64,000 bases of DNA. Origin: Octopus vulgaris (lineage: Eukaryota). The notes below the pieces were generated by a model that was given only the letters and a program-made list of their open reading frames with translations, did no database searches and had not been told where the DNA came from. Within the stretch, counting starts at the first letter, position 1, and the number at the start of each line of letters is the position of its first letter. The position numbers were made by a program, and so were the translations under genes. Below are positions 10,725 to 26,378 of this stretch, one piece after another. The stretch spans positions 35,402,001 to 35,466,000 of the forward strand of contig OX597825.1 in assembly GCA_951406725.2 (NCBI GenBank), written 5' to 3'.

Positions 10725-12029
10725 ATAGACATGTATGTATGTATGTATGCATGCGGCTTGGAGTGGATGAATATGTATGCATTTAATCCCCTGTGGGCAG
10801 GTGTGGTGTGTGTATAAAGCATTTCTTATTTTAACCAATTTTACAAGCCAATATTTACCCCACCTTTCCCTCTAACTCCCTGAGTTCTCACATAACGCAC
10901 CCAGGTCAGTCTGATTTTCCAATTTATTTCAGTTACAAGAATAATACATTTTCTTTCTTTTTTTTTTTTTTCATTTTCTATACTTCTCTTCCACACCAAA
11001 TCAGGAGCTACTGTTCTTCTATTAAATTTAATTAAAATGAAATCTATCATCTCTTCTTTTTATTTCTATTTCTTCTATCATTTTTCAAGAATGTTTAACA
11101 AAATTAGTCAGTTATGCCAGTTTTCTACTTTTAAGTAAAATCTACGCCAATAACTAGATTGCCTGTCTGAAACAAGCATTTACTGGCTAATATGTATCCC
11201 CGACAACAACCCTAACCTTCCTTACGTAACACGTGAAATCTCTCCCATATTCAAATTATATTTGCCTCATATATTAAAAAAAAAGATTATGGAATTTTTA
11301 CTTTCCAGATCTAAGTGGGAACTGCTATTACCTAGATGGATCGAAAAACTAGTCGTTTTTTACTTCATTTCTTATTTTCGCTTTTATTTTTTCTATCTTC
11401 GTTCTGTACCAATCTTTATCTCTCTGAGAAAATATTACCCCTATCTCAAAAGCGTCTCTGACAGAATGCGTTTCCGCCTCTCACTTGTATCGTATTTTTT
11501 TTTATTTTTGTTTCTCTCTACTTCAAAAATTAAGATGGATGTAATATTGTTTTCAAATGTTTTCTTATCTCCTACGTTACTCTAACACTTGTTTACTACA
11601 AGCCCAAAGGGATTAAAACGAGGCTCCTAAAGCCGGCCAGTTTGGTGTCACATTCTTTCGAAATAAGAGGCGTGTCTAAAGAAGTTCTGAGAAACAACCC
11701 CTCATATGATCGTATCACGATAGATACACCAATTCCATTTTATTTTTATGGGGAGCTTGCATAACTCCTGGTATAACATCAGTACTTGATAATTAGATGC
11801 TTTTTGTAGCATGTATTCAGATGAAGCCGTTGTTTGGAAGATAGCGAGCCAAGAGGCTCATCTAAGCCTCTTGGCTCGCTGATTCCAACAGCATTTAACT
11901 TAGCTGTGTCGCTGATTCTCAGATGACAACGTTAGAAAGCGAGCTGTCAAATAATTTGAACCTGTGGGATGTTTCGCGATGTATAACTAACAGCTAGTGA
12001 ATAATCTCAGTCTATCTACCATGTTATCC

Positions 12030-12278
12030 TATGTTTGGGGGATGCAAAAGCATTGTATTTATCGACCATCTTCAAAAGGGCCACGTCATCAATGGAGAGT
12101 ACTACGCCAGCTTGCAACTGGATGAAAGCTTCTTCACCAATGAGATCCAAGCACTGCAACACCAATGGAAGAAGTATGTGGATTGCAAGGCGGACTATAT
12201 TGAAAAATAAAAACCCCATTTGTTCACATTTCATGAGAATATTTTGATCATCCTATGAACTTTTCAGCCGACCCTCGT
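12030..12278 (+). mobile_element. Internally deleted mariner transposon 3' part
   Basis: GDAKSIVFIDHLQKGHVINGEYYASL is fused to LDESFFTNEIQALQHQWKKYVDCKADYIEK*, followed by the TIR-like aacttttcagccgaccctcg. Confidence 0.85.
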
Positions 12279-13096
12279 CAATGTATCAGTATGTATTGAA
12301 GATAGATTAATAGCCTATTATACACTGGCAATAGAGTATTTGAAACACGATAACCAATTGAAATCGTAAAATACATCATTGGGAATTGTATAGCAGTTCT
12401 GAACTTTAATTATAGTTGTAGAAAGCTACTAGCAATTTCCACAGAGAATAATAGCTTTATCACTGTCTCCTCTAATTGGCTCCCAGCAGTCATCACGTGA
12501 ACAATAGTATGAGCGGGTTTTCTTGCTTATTTTTTCCTTCGTTTTAGTTTTGATCTACTTGCCTAAAAGTCTAATATAGTTTGCGTCTTGCGATTACACA
12601 CCTCTCAATAGATCCCCTTCATGAAACTGAAATTATGTTTTACACCAACGCATTCATTTGCACAGAGATTAATAGATTATATACATGCATATATACACAT
12701 GAATCTACATTTACACACGTACACACAAACACACACACACACATACACACATACACGCACATGCACACAGACACATTCTCAAACGCATGCAGACTAACAC
12801 GAATAAACATACACACGTATATACATACATTCTCACACAAACAAATATATTCTGTATGTATATGCATGTGCAGGCCGTATGCCTATGGTACAAGGATATA
12901 TACATGCGCGCGTGTGGGAGGTGAGTGTATGGATGTGTGCATGCGTGCGTGGAGGGATAGTTTGCTTCCCAACCGTATAGTTCCAGGTTCAGTCCCACAT
13001 TTGGTAAATATTTTCTACAATAGCCTCCATCCGTTCAATGTTTTGTGAGTGGATTGAGTAGACGGAATCAGAAAGAAGCCTACATATATATATGTG

Positions 13097-13176
<80 letters not shown>

Positions 13177-13495
13177 TGTATGTATGTATGTGTGTGTATG
13201 TATGTATGTATGTATGTATGTATGTATGTATGTATGTATGTATGTATGTATAATTTAGGACAATGTGGTTTTATCTGGGATTTTAACTAAGGACTTGTAT
13301 CTTCATGGAAGTACCGACCAACATCCATATCCTCTGGAAAAAGATGAGTTGTGAACATTAGTCTCCTGCCTATATTCTTCTATCTTTGCTCTTTATACTT
13401 CTAGTCACTTCTTTATTCTTCTATTTTATTCCTTATAAACTGTGAATTTTATTCTTTGTAAACTGCAAATTCTCCGTTTAAAATATTCATAATTT

Positions 13496-13570
13496 GTCTC
13501 TGATGACGGAATGCTCAGTGTGTAGACATGCTAACCTACCACTTGTGTTATCCCAGAACGGCTGTAAGAC
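13496..13570 (+). ncRNA. Degenerate type I HHR within a PLE pseudo-LTR remnant (~13255-13650)
   Basis: gtct-CTGATGA-cggaat..(long stem II)..atccc-aGAAC-ggct-GTA-agac. Confidence 0.65.
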
Positions 13571-13715
13571 TTCAAATTCACCTTATCCTAATTAAATTAT
13601 TCTAAATAACTTGAGATACACGTTCTGCCTTGGTTTTTGATTTTTCCTCTAATATAATATAATATAATATAATATATGTATATATACATAAACATATATG
13701 AATTTATATACATAC

Positions 13716-13752
<37 letters not shown>

Positions 13753-13814
13753 ACGTCAGTAAATCATAAATCCGAAAGACAATTATACTCTAAGTTATAG
13801 AGCAGTAGAGTATT

Positions 13815-13929
13815 TAAAGATAGTTATGGCTAGTTTATGGGATTACCCAGGATCTCACGTCAATAAAGCACAGAGCTTTATGGACGTGAAACACTGGGTA
13901 ATCCTATAAACCGACCGCAGCCATCTTTA
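13815..13929. repeat. Fold-back palindrome containing HHR 3' half
   Basis: gtttatgggattacccag..cacgtc.ataaagc pairs with gctttat.gacgtg..ctgggtaatcctataaac. GAAAC-actgg-GTA is at 13888-13900. Confidence 0.8.
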
Positions 13930-13943
13930 TCTAATATATATAT

Positions 13944-14035
<92 letters not shown>

Positions 14036-14038
14036 AAC

Positions 14039-14716
<678 letters not shown>

Positions 14717-14730
<14 letters not shown>

Positions 14731-14927
14731 TCCTTGGATGGAATTTATATATATTTCAATGCATCGCTACGCACATTTCCACAAAGGACATGTTCCTTAA
14801 GATCATAGTCCATATTCCTGGGAATATGGACTATAGGACTATGATCTTAAGAAACATGTGATTTCTGGGAATGCGCCTAGCGATGCATTAAAATATTTAT
14901 AAATTCCAACAAAGGGTTATTATTATT
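14717..14927. repeat. Fold-back palindrome containing HHR 3' half
   Basis: ~100-bp arms are centred at 14819-14820. The right arm has GAAAC-at-GTG and the left arm reverse complement has GGAAC-at-GTC. Confidence 0.8.
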
Positions 14928-15101
14928 ACTATATTTATCCTACATTATATCGGTACAGCTCGGTGCGACCCCCAAAGACTGGTATTGCCATTTGGAATTA
15001 TTAGGTTGTAGCCGGCACAGTAAAATAAGAGCTTCTATATGCATATTCAAATCGCTTTCCATAAACAAACGTAAAGGGTGTATATATATGTATGTATATA
15101 T

Positions 15102-15185
<84 letters not shown>

Positions 15186-16151
15186 TACATATTTACACAT
15201 ATATATAATTTTATGTATATAGGTATATATATGTATATGTGTATATATATATATATATGCATACGTATATATGTTAATGCATATATTTAATATATATATA
15301 TATGTACATATATATATGTATATATAACTGCATACATATGTATGTATAAAGTTATATATATATATATATTATATGCATATATACACACACACATACACAC
15401 ACATATATGTATGTGTGTGTAACTTGACTTCATGTGTTTTTTATGTATATGTATACTCATATATCGTATATAGCTACATGGGGCAGGGTTAGTCTCTCAG
15501 TGGAAAATGTATGCATAAAGTAAAAAAGAATACAAAAAGAAGAGAATGATGGAGAGAGAGCTAGATGTAATTTAAGAGAAACGACCTTTAGTACGATTTT
15601 TAGCAAGGTTGGAAAAGAGTCAGAATTTGAGCAAATTAAATGGTCGAAAATTTGAAATAGAAAGTAATAAAGACGAAAAAATATTTCTAGACGCCCCATT
15701 AATGAAAGGAAGTAAATAAAAAAAATAAATGTATGAAAATATATAATTTGACATGCGTATGATGGAGATGAATTATTGGTTAAGTTCAATAAGTGTTTTT
15801 TCCACTGGTGGGGAGTTGGGATGAGGTGGCTGGGATGGGGTTGGATGAGTTATAGATTTATTGAAGGAACATGGAGGAAAAGATTCAAAACTCTGATCAT
15901 TTATTCCCGAAGAAATGAAGCCCAGACAGGGATGTGTGAAGTGGAACGAGGAGGGGATAAGCAATTGGAGATTTTAGGCAGGGAAACAGAGAGAGATATA
16001 TATAAAGAAAGCTGGTGGGAGAGATAGAGAAACAAAGACAGATGGAAAGAGAGAGAGGGGGATGGAGAGACATAGGGTGAAGAGTAAAAGGTAAAGAGAA
16101 CGAGAGGAATGCAGAGTGATAAAGAAGCCGATAGAGAAAGGACATTGATAA

Positions 16152-16232
<81 letters not shown>

Positions 16233-16346
16233 ATAGAAAGAGAGAGAGAAGGGGGACGCTGAAACAAAACATTAAATTGACCGAATCATAAGCTACCTCG
16301 AAATGTACATTGATCATCATCATCATCATCATCATCATTATTATTA

Positions 16347-16897
<551 letters not shown>

Positions 16898-16906
16898 ATA
16901 ATAATA

Positions 16907-16938
<32 letters not shown>

Positions 16939-16998
16939 GATGATGAAGATGATGAAGATGAAGATGAAGATGATGATGAAGATGAAGATGATGATGAA

Positions 16999-17040
<42 letters not shown>

Positions 17041-17065
17041 AATAATAATAATTATTATTATTATT

Positions 17066-17160
<95 letters not shown>

Positions 17161-17650
17161 TATTATTATTAATTTTGCTATTATTTTTGTTGCTGTTGTT
17201 AAATGCAGTGGACTTTAATAAAACTAATGACGAATTATTATGTGGTGAAGAAAACAATACTATTCCAGCAAGTACGGTATACACATCCCAACAATTTTGT
17301 ATTTTGTATAGTATTAGGCTTCTTCAGCGAAGTATAGACTTCATCTTACTTCCCGAAGTAGTGATGAGAGAATCACAAACTAAATGTGGGGACTTTCCAT
17401 TGGTTTGATGAGGAGGATTCGATTGTAAGCAGCTGAGTATTACGCAGACAAGTTTTTACTTAACGTAAATTTTCAGGCTGAATTGGTGTGACATGTGACA
17501 TTTTGAGACTTTGAATTATATGCATAAGTAGAGTGAGTGAGTGAGTGAGAGAGAGGGGGGAGACAGACAGACAGACAGACAGACAGAGAGGGAGAGGGAG
17601 AGAGAGAATCAAAATAGCTTATTTATCTTTTCTGAAATAATTCTTCATAA

Positions 17651-17856
17651 TTTTGGCACAAATCCAGCAATTTTGAGGAGGACGATAATCAATTACATCG
17701 ACCCCAGTGCTCAAATAGTACTTATTTTATCGACCTTGCGAAGATGAAAAGCAAAGTTGACTTCGGTAGGCTATGAGCTCAGAATGTATAGAGTGGGAAG
17801 AAACGTCACAAAGCATTTTGTCTACCGTGCTAAAGATTCTGCCAGCTCACCGCCTT
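17651..17856 (-). mobile_element. tRNA-derived SINE, family B
   Basis: Matches the head aaggcggtgagctggcagaatc and the core gtcgataaaataagtac..ctggggtcgatgtaat. Confidence 0.85.
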
Positions 17857-17874
17857 ATCATTCCTGAAATAACA

Positions 17875-18562
17875 TGTAACATGTCTATACTAGCATTAGT
17901 TTAACACATACATGTTTAATGGCAAAGCGGGCTCAGACGACACAGTAAGTTTACAGCTCTATTCGGTCTCTGATTGTCCGAATAAATAGGCTTTCTGTAA
18001 TACGTCCGATTGTCACTTACATAAATGTGGCTGCGGCCATGTTTAATTGAGTTACTTCACTTCGTTTCTCTAAGGGCTCACTGTTTGTAGTTTGGTTCTA
18101 TCGCTTTTGTGTTGGCGTCTCTCACATAATAACAATTCGTCTTCCATGTGCGCCAGCAGTATCGACCAAACTCAATGCTGTTATCTCTCATGTTTTGTAG
18201 AAACACTTCTATCAAGTCTCTTCCTATATACACGAAGTACATCTAATGTCTTCACACATTCATTCACCGTTATCACCCTATAGACATCTCTATGAAACGC
18301 TACTTACTTCTTTACAGAAATCTTATACAAAGTATTACATTGTACGTAACACACTGCTATGAATAAACTTTACTATTGAACAAGTTGAGTTCTGTCCATC
18401 TGTCTCTGTATACCAATTACTATTGAACGAACACAGACAGTTATCGACAAGCTACCACCGCCGACGTCGTCACTTCAGCCAGACTGTGGACACTCATTGT
18501 GTTATAGCAACAAGCTACGAAGTGAGAAGTGATACAAGTGACGAAGTAGTGACTAACTCACA
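17875..18562 (+). mobile_element. Possible solo LTR
   Basis: Starts TGTAAC, has AATAAA at ~18362 and ends ..CACA. No clean TSD. Confidence 0.35.
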
Positions 18563-18867
18563 ATAAACAAAAGACACCATTTGAGGCTGGTAAGATTTGA
18601 ACAGTGAGTCGAAAGCCAAAATCCACAACCGGAAGAAATTATATCTGTTACTCCGATGATTCTGCCAACTGGCCACTTTCAGCTAAATATACCGAAGTGT
18701 ATATTAATTCCCTTGTTGGGTATATGTCGAGTACGATGGAAGGTGCGTTATCTATTCAATTGATTATAGGATTTTTGAGAAATTGTCCTGCCATCATATC
18801 TTTGAATTTGATAACAATTGGTAGGGTTACAGCTCTTCACAGGAAAACTACATTGGTTGGTGTACAT

Positions 18868-19532
18868 CAGCACTCTTCACGCATTTTTGCACCAAGCACC
18901 GGTTTCATGCAAGACAATTTTTCCACAGACCATGGATCATGTGCATAACAAAACACAATAAAGTGCATAACATATAGTTGGATTATTGCATACATAATAG
19001 ATATATATATAATCCTCTTCTATCGTGAATGACTATGGGACTACATCTAGAAAGTTTCCCTCCGTGGCACAAGTCCGGGGAAAAGTTGTTTGTGGAAGAC
19101 CAGCAGTCATCTATGTGGACCAGTATCCCTTCCACCGATGTTGTCCAAGAGAAAAGCAAAAGCCGACACAGCTTGGCACCAGTGACGTCGCAACTCATTT
19201 CCTACTGCTGAGTGAATTTGAGCAACATGAAATAAAGTGTATTGTTCAAGAACACAACACACAGCCGGGTTCGAGAATCGAGTTCCCATCCTCACGATCT
19301 AAACATTGAGCCATGCGCCTTCACAGTATGTTTGTTTGTGTGTGTATTCATATATATATAGATATGCAATATATGCAATATAATTCATAATATAAATGCA
19401 AAAAAAAATCCTGCCAACTACGAGAGTCAACAAAATGGAAGCAAAATTCCAAAATTTATATTGTCTGTGCAGCCCGGTACCACATCATCTATCTCTGCTT
19501 CTGATCAGTGGTCAGGTTGTTTGGGACCCTGG
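18868..19532 (+). mobile_element. hAT-Charlie-like MITE with a nested SINE
   Basis: The 5' motif gcaccggtttcatgcaagacaatttttccacagac and 3' motif gcagcccggtacc..tttgggaccctg resemble MER1/Charlie-type ends. Confidence 0.65.
19011..19325 (-). mobile_element. tRNA-derived SINE, family C
   Basis: Minus-strand head gaaggcgcatggctcaatg..tcgattctcg, then the CORE-like tgtgttcttgaacaa..cactttatttca. A related head is at ~26665-26800 (+). Confidence 0.7.
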
Positions 19533-20119
19533 TGTAGATAATTGACTTATTTGAGAGTATAAATTACTGTGAAAAATTTCCTAAATGCACCACCCACACG
19601 AAAAGCAATACTGAAGTCAATGCTTCTATATTTAATGTAGTTTTTTTTTAAAAAACATTGTATCTGATAAGGGTTAACTTTTGGTGTCAATCTGTCTACT
19701 GTGGTGTCGATAAAATAAACACCAGTCATATACTAAAATGGATTTATCGACCACACACTCCCTTCTCCTCATTCATAAGCGCGTGGCTTGGTGCCAATGG
19801 AAGACATTATTTTTATAAACAACTCCGTGAGCAAATTTGTCATTAGTATAGTAATAGTTATAGTAACATATTGAGTTCTTAACTTTGGCACAAAACAATG
19901 TTTTAAGAGTAGTGTTAGAGGATACATTCGATTGATTCTATTCTAGTGTCTTATCGGTACATTTTTTCTTCGACCTCCGACGGATGGAAGTCAGTATTGG
20001 CATAGCTTGAATTCAGTACGTAAAAGGCTGACTCGTAAGACTATAAAGCATTTTGCATGTGGCTGCGGCTGTGGCTGTACTGTTTCTGATAGATCGTCAC
20101 TCACCGACTTTCAGTTATC

Positions 20120-20527
20120 GTTTTATTGTTTGCTTGTATTCAGTCAATGGGTGGCGGCCATGCTAGAGCACCAGCTTGAAGGAACAAATGTACCTCAGTA
20201 CAACTGTACCTCTATGTTTTATTCCTGGTACTTATATCGTGCTAGGTTACGGAGATGTAAACAAACCGACGCCGATTGTCAAGCATTGGTGAGGAACAAA
20301 CACAGCGTGAAAACACATAGGCACTCGCACACACACACACGCAATGTGTGTGTGTGTGTGTGTGTATGTGTGTGTGTGTATAAGTGTCAGGTTTCCACGC
20401 AGAATCTGTCTAACAAATTCTCTTAGAGGTATTGGTTGCTGAGGCAGTAGCAGAAGACTCTTGTTCAAGGAACCACACAGTAGGACTGAACCCGAAACCA
20501 TGTGGATGCAAAGCGAGCTGCTTAACT
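20120..20527 (-). mobile_element. SINE family A (diverged)
   Basis: Homologous to 24127-24553. Confidence 0.8.
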
Positions 20528-20684
20528 AGAGAGGAAACAAGTTTTGCCGTGGAAAGCGGATTAACAGAGGAAGAAGGCATCTAGCTGGGGAAGAGGAAAG
20601 TTTAGCTGCGGATTAAGAAGAATTAAATGTGGAAGAAAAAAACTTAATGCGTGAACGAAAATAAGATTAGCCGTGGTAGAATGT

Positions 20685-21276
20685 GCTCAACTGGTACGTA
20701 TTTTATTGGCCCCAAAAGGATAAGGACAAAGTCTACCTTGAGTGAATTTGAACTCGGAACGTAAAGACGGGCGAAAAGTAACGACTATATCTGCCAATGC
20801 GTACAACTATATACAACAGAAAAAGTATCCATGCAGAGATTCTTTTGCTATCTTATCGTATTATTAATTTCTATAAGGCAGAAGCGTTAACACGCCGGAC
20901 AAAATGCTTATCAGAATTTCGTCCATCTTTACACTCTGTGTTCAAATTCCACCGAGATCGACTTTGTCTTTCATCCTTTCGGGGTCGATAAAATAAGTAC
21001 CAATTGACCCCTGAAGGTTGATGTAATCGACTTACTTCCTCCCTCGGACTTGCTGGTCTTGCGTTAAAATATGAAACCGTTATTAAGTTCTCTAATGTAA
21101 AGCGGCAAGCAAGGCATATTCGTCCGTCTCTACGTCCTGATTTTCAAAATCCGTTGCGGTAGACTTCCTCTTTTCAGGGTCGATGAAATTAGTTCCAATT
21201 GATCACCGAGGCAATGTAATCGAGTAGACCCCTTCTCACAAAATTTCAGTTTGTGCCTGTAGTAGAAGTAATTATT
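20685..21276. mobile_element. Cluster of SINE family B copies (one -, two +)
   Basis: Repeated tttcatcctttcggggtcgataaaataagtacca core. Confidence 0.8.
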
Positions 21277-21559
21277 GAGTTCTGTACTGATTAAAGGAAA
21301 AGAACTGAAATCTTGCTCAGACTTTCGTCTCTTTCTATATCATTTTCTTCACAATTCAAGCAAAATAACTCGATTATTTTTATTTCTAGCTTATTTTTTT
21401 TTCCAAAACCCAACCATATTTACACATTTTTTTCGATTTTAAACAATATTTTATTTAATATTATATCTATAGAAGTGCTTTAAGAATAATAAAATTGTAG
21501 TAAAGAAATCCTAATTACCTAAATTGAATTATAACTAAATTTATTCAGTTAATATTCAA

Positions 21560-22075
21560 TTATCGTATATCATTACTTTTTTATCACTGCTCTCGGCTTG
21601 AACGTCACGTTGATTTGACACACTGTAAGTCTGAATAAATTAATGCAGATTTTTCTTTACCCTGCTCGAGATTTATTACTTTCAATTGTTTCCATGATTT
21701 TTGTTCAAGAGACTGGTCAGAAGCATGAGGCGAGTAGCTTTTTTTTCTTGGTTCGATCTGTGTAAGAGGCAAAGCTTGGTAAATACTTTTTAAAAATTCT
21801 GTTTCAAAAAAAAAAAAAGACTATCATGACTTATAGAATAACAGCCAACGAGAATGAACGAAAAGAGATTTTACCGAAAATGACAGTATTCCCAGTTCTG
21901 CAGGTCAAGAAGTGGTGGCACGACTAAGAAAAGACTCGAACCAGCGCGTAATCACAGATAATTATAGGGCCATGACTACTGAATGCAATGTCAATGCTTT
22001 TGGCCAGAGTTTTCGTAAAGCGGTCGAAGCTTGTTGTCAGCAACGTCGCTGGGATCATATTTACCTGTACAATTC
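21560..22075 (+). mobile_element. Tc1/mariner-like remnants
   Basis: TIR-like cgtcacgttgatttgacacactg|TA at ~21603-21627. NAFGQSFRKAVEACCQQRRWDHI resembles a Tc1-type transposase C-terminus. Confidence 0.4.
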
Positions 22076-22730
22076 TCGATATCTATTATCCCATGCAATA
22101 CAGTGGAGAAAGGAAGCTGGATTTGCTGGCCTCTGGTCAAGTTAAATTAATCAAAAGCTTTCATCGCAACCTCTTAATGCAGCTAATTTCGATTCCATTT
22201 TCAGAAGTAGGATTGCTTCTAGCCTCTGGAAATCTTACTGGCTGTTAAGCAAAATGATCACGTATTAGAATCGTTTCACATCGGAAATTACATTTTCAGC
22301 AAACCCTTTTCTACCGTTCCTGCATGTTTTGATTCTTAAAGCACAGCATTGCTGCGGTTGTTAGATGTGTTGAGAGCTATTTCGATGGAAACATGACACA
22401 AGAGTACTGTGACATCATACGCGGACGACGGGATCATCATAGTATTGGATGTCTGAGAAATGAAAGCAGCATGTACCTTTGTATGGCGCTGATAAGTTAA
22501 TGTGTGGATCATGCATTAAGCATCGGTGGACCGATTAAGGTGCTCAGCATCTGAATTAGTCAAGACGTCTTGGTGGAGACCTTACGTATAGAAACGAGCA
22601 GTGGAAAAATCTATTCTTGGAAGATAAAGCAGTTATGGCGAATGACTACATCGCTTCTATCATACATTACTAGCTGACTGACCTGCTGCAAAAACCAAAA
22701 AATAGTGGCATGGCTACTAGGTATTTTTAA

Positions 22731-23570
22731 AGGCAGCGAGCTTTCAGACAAAATGCTTCGCGGCATTTGTTTCATCTCTTTATGTTCTGACTTGAAATCC
22801 TGTCGAGGTCCACTTTACCTTTCATCCTTTCGGGGACGATAAAATAATTACCAATTGGACACTGGGGGTCAATGTAATTGACTAGAATTGTTATTAAAGG
22901 CGCCGAACAGGCAGAATCGTTTGCATGCCGGACAAAATATTCAGGGGCATTGAATCTGACTTTACGTTCAAATTCCACTAAGGTCAACTTTGCATTTCCT
23001 TCTCTCGGGGTCAGTGAAATAAGTACCAGTCAAGTATTGTGGTTTGATGAAATCGACAAGCCACTCCGCGCCAACATTTTAGGCTTTATGCCTATAAGGG
23101 ATTATTAAAGGCAGTGAAACCAATATTAAAAACGATGAACTAACATAATTGTTAGCGCGTCGGACAAGTAGCATTTATTTCGACTTTTAATATTTTGGTT
23201 ATAGTTGAAGGTGGCAGAATCGTTAGCACGCTGGGTAAAATACTTATCAGCATTTAGTCCGTTTCTACGTTCTAAGTTCAAATTCCGCCGATGTCGATTT
23301 TTCATCCTTTGCTTTTTTTTTTTTTGCATTTTCATCCTTTGCTTGTCATCTTTCGATAAGATAAATACCAGTCAAGCACTGGGGTCGATGTAATCGACTT
23401 GCCTACCTCTTCTGAAATTGCTGGCCTTGTACCAAAATTTCAAATCAATAGTTTGGGAACAGTTACTACCCAGTTTAACTTTGACTTTCATGCTTTCGGG
23501 GCCGATACAATTAATAACCGGTCAAGTTGAAGCAGTAAACTAACCCTTTCATCCAAAATCTGAAACAATA
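22731..23570 (+). mobile_element. Head-to-tail array of SINE family B copies
   Basis: Heads at ~22731, ~22899 and ~23208, plus a partial core at ~23475. Confidence 0.8.
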
Positions 23571-24073
23571 TTTCAAAATTTTGGTTTTATCTCCATTAAT
23601 CAAGCTTAAAGGTGCCAAGGCACCAAAATGAAACATAATACTGGTTATCTTTTATATTTTGCCTGCTTCAGTCATTGATCTGCGGCCATGCTGGGGCACC
23701 ACCTGGAAAGCTTTCGTCGAACAAAGCGGTTCCACTACCTTTTTTTTTTCACTTATTTTTTAAGCCTGGCACTAATTATATCTATCTCCCTTGCTGTATC
23801 GCTGATTTATGGCTATGTAAAGAAACCAGCAACGATTGTCAAGTGGTGATGGGAGACAAAAGTACAACAGCACACAGTTACACACACACACAAACACACA
23901 CACACACACACACACCTATTAGTCGAAGCGTCCAGTATTATATTTCCATTACGGCCGATTTTATCAATCGGTTTCTCACTAGGGGTTCAAAGGAGTGTTA
24001 GGTAACAGTCCGATTATGTAACTACTCTACGTTCATCAGACGTAGCCGTTACGGAATTCATTATGGCGTACAA

Positions 24074-24122
<49 letters not shown>

Positions 24123-24126
24123 CATA

Positions 24127-24291
24127 GGTGTAAGAGTGGCTGTGTGGTAAGAAGCTTGCTTACGAACCACATGGTCCCGGGTTCAGTCCCACTGCATGGC
24201 ACCTTAGGCAAGTGTCTTCTACAGTAGCCTCGGGACAACCAAAGCCTTGTGAGCGGATTTGGTAGGCGGAAACTGAAAGACGCCCATCGTA

Positions 24292-24328
<37 letters not shown>

Positions 24329-24553
24329 GTATGCGTGTAGGTATATGTTTGTGTGTCTGTGTTTGCCCCCCCCCCAACATCGCTTGACAACCGATGCTGG
24401 TGTGTTTACGTCCCCGTAACTTAGCGGTTCGGCAAAACAGACCGATAGGATAAGTACTAGGCTTACAAAGAATAAGTCCTGGGGTCGACTTGCTCGACTA
24501 AAAGCAATGCTCCTGCATGGCCACAGTCAAATGACTGAAACAAGTAAAAGAGT
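24127..24553 (+). mobile_element. SINE family A, near full length
   Basis: Box A gtggctgtgtgg, box B ggttcagtcc, internal (TA)n and tail gactgaaacaagtaaaagag. Confidence 0.92.
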
Positions 24554-25115
24554 ATATATATATATACACGGTAAGCTTCTTTCACTTTCTGCCTACCAAA
24601 TCCACTCAGATATCATAGTAATAGGCACTCATAGTGACAGACACTTACCCTTTGGTCGACAGTTGCGGTTAAGCTAGAGCACAATCTGTCTGGATAACAG
24701 GCACATTCCTTTCTCATTGACGTTGAATCCGACCGTACCAAAGTTTAAAACCAAAAAGGTAAAAACGAAAGCCCCCAAAAAAATTCTGGATGTCAGTGGA
24801 AACAGATAATGTTGATTTAAAGTTTATATTTATAATAATTAATTCTTAATATAAATTCCGTGTTTTCTAATGTTTATCATCGGTTTCAGTGTATTTATTT
24901 TTGGCTTTGTAAACGTATATTTTCGCAACGATCGACCATAACATTTTTGTCGTACGATCGATTATACCAGAAATAGCAATAACGTATATGATGAGATCTA
25001 CCACTTGTGTGGAGATATCTTAGAGTTTTAGAAGACATTAGAAATATTGTCATGTTTCGTGTTTCATTTGGATGGGTTGGAGGGGGCTTTCTGTCGTTTG
25101 TTGTTTTCGTTTATA

Positions 25116-25201
<86 letters not shown>

Positions 25202-26182
25202 ATATATTCTTCTCTGCTAATAGCGTAAGATTGAATTGACACACGCATGCAATTGCACGGACACTTACAAACACTCACACTAATACATACATACATACAT
25301 ACATACACATACATACATACATACATACAGATAAACATTGATATGTACAAATGACTGAAAGGCAATCATCTCGAGATATCGGAATACATACATAAATACA
25401 TAGACTCTCACACACACACATACTATAAATATACACAGCTATATATCTGCATATATATTTTCTATACACGTATATATACATATATTTATATATACATACA
25501 TAAATATATATATATATATATGTATATATAACGTATAGATAAATAAACACATATATGCACAAAAATAAATAGACACACATGCACACACACATATATATAT
25601 ATATATACATACATAATATACATATACACATAAACATACACACAAATATAGAGGGAGGGACACGGAAAGAGTGTGACAGATAGGGAGAGAGTGAATGATC
25701 GAAATAGGACATTAGACCGAAACCGAAGGATGGATTAAGGTAGGAGATAAAACTGGAAGAAAATGACGATCAGAAATAAAATGAAATAAGATAATGGAGA
25801 AAAAGACGAGAAAAACATTCACGTTCCTTGGACTACAGTATGCATTCAACCATTTTAATGTACGACTATACACACATGCTTACGCACCCATACCTGCGAT
25901 ACACACACACACAGACATGCACACACACATGTGCGTACACAGGAACATATACATATATACAAACATACAGAGGCATCTATACACATGTGTATACATATAC
26001 ATGTATATGTATATGTAATATATGTGTGTGTTTATATGTGTGCTTATATATGTATGTATATATGTGTGTACATGTATATGTATGCATATATATGTATATG
26101 TGTACAATATATATAGACAGATAGCTATACGCTTAGGCGCACACATGCATGTACACACATACATATACATATATGCAAATAT

Positions 26183-26327
26183 ACGTGGCTCTCTGGTAAG
26201 AAGCTAACTTTCCAATCACATGGTTCCGGGTTCAGTCCCACTACGTGTCTTCTACTGTAGCCTCGGCCTCGGGCCGACCAAAGGTTTGTGAGTGGATTTT
26301 TAAGACGGAAATTGAAAAGAAACCTGT

Positions 26328-26378
<51 letters not shown>

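Noticed and set aside
24127-24200. tRNA gene
   Set aside because: A tRNA-derived SINE head with box A/B but no complete cloverleaf; it continues into the SINE body.
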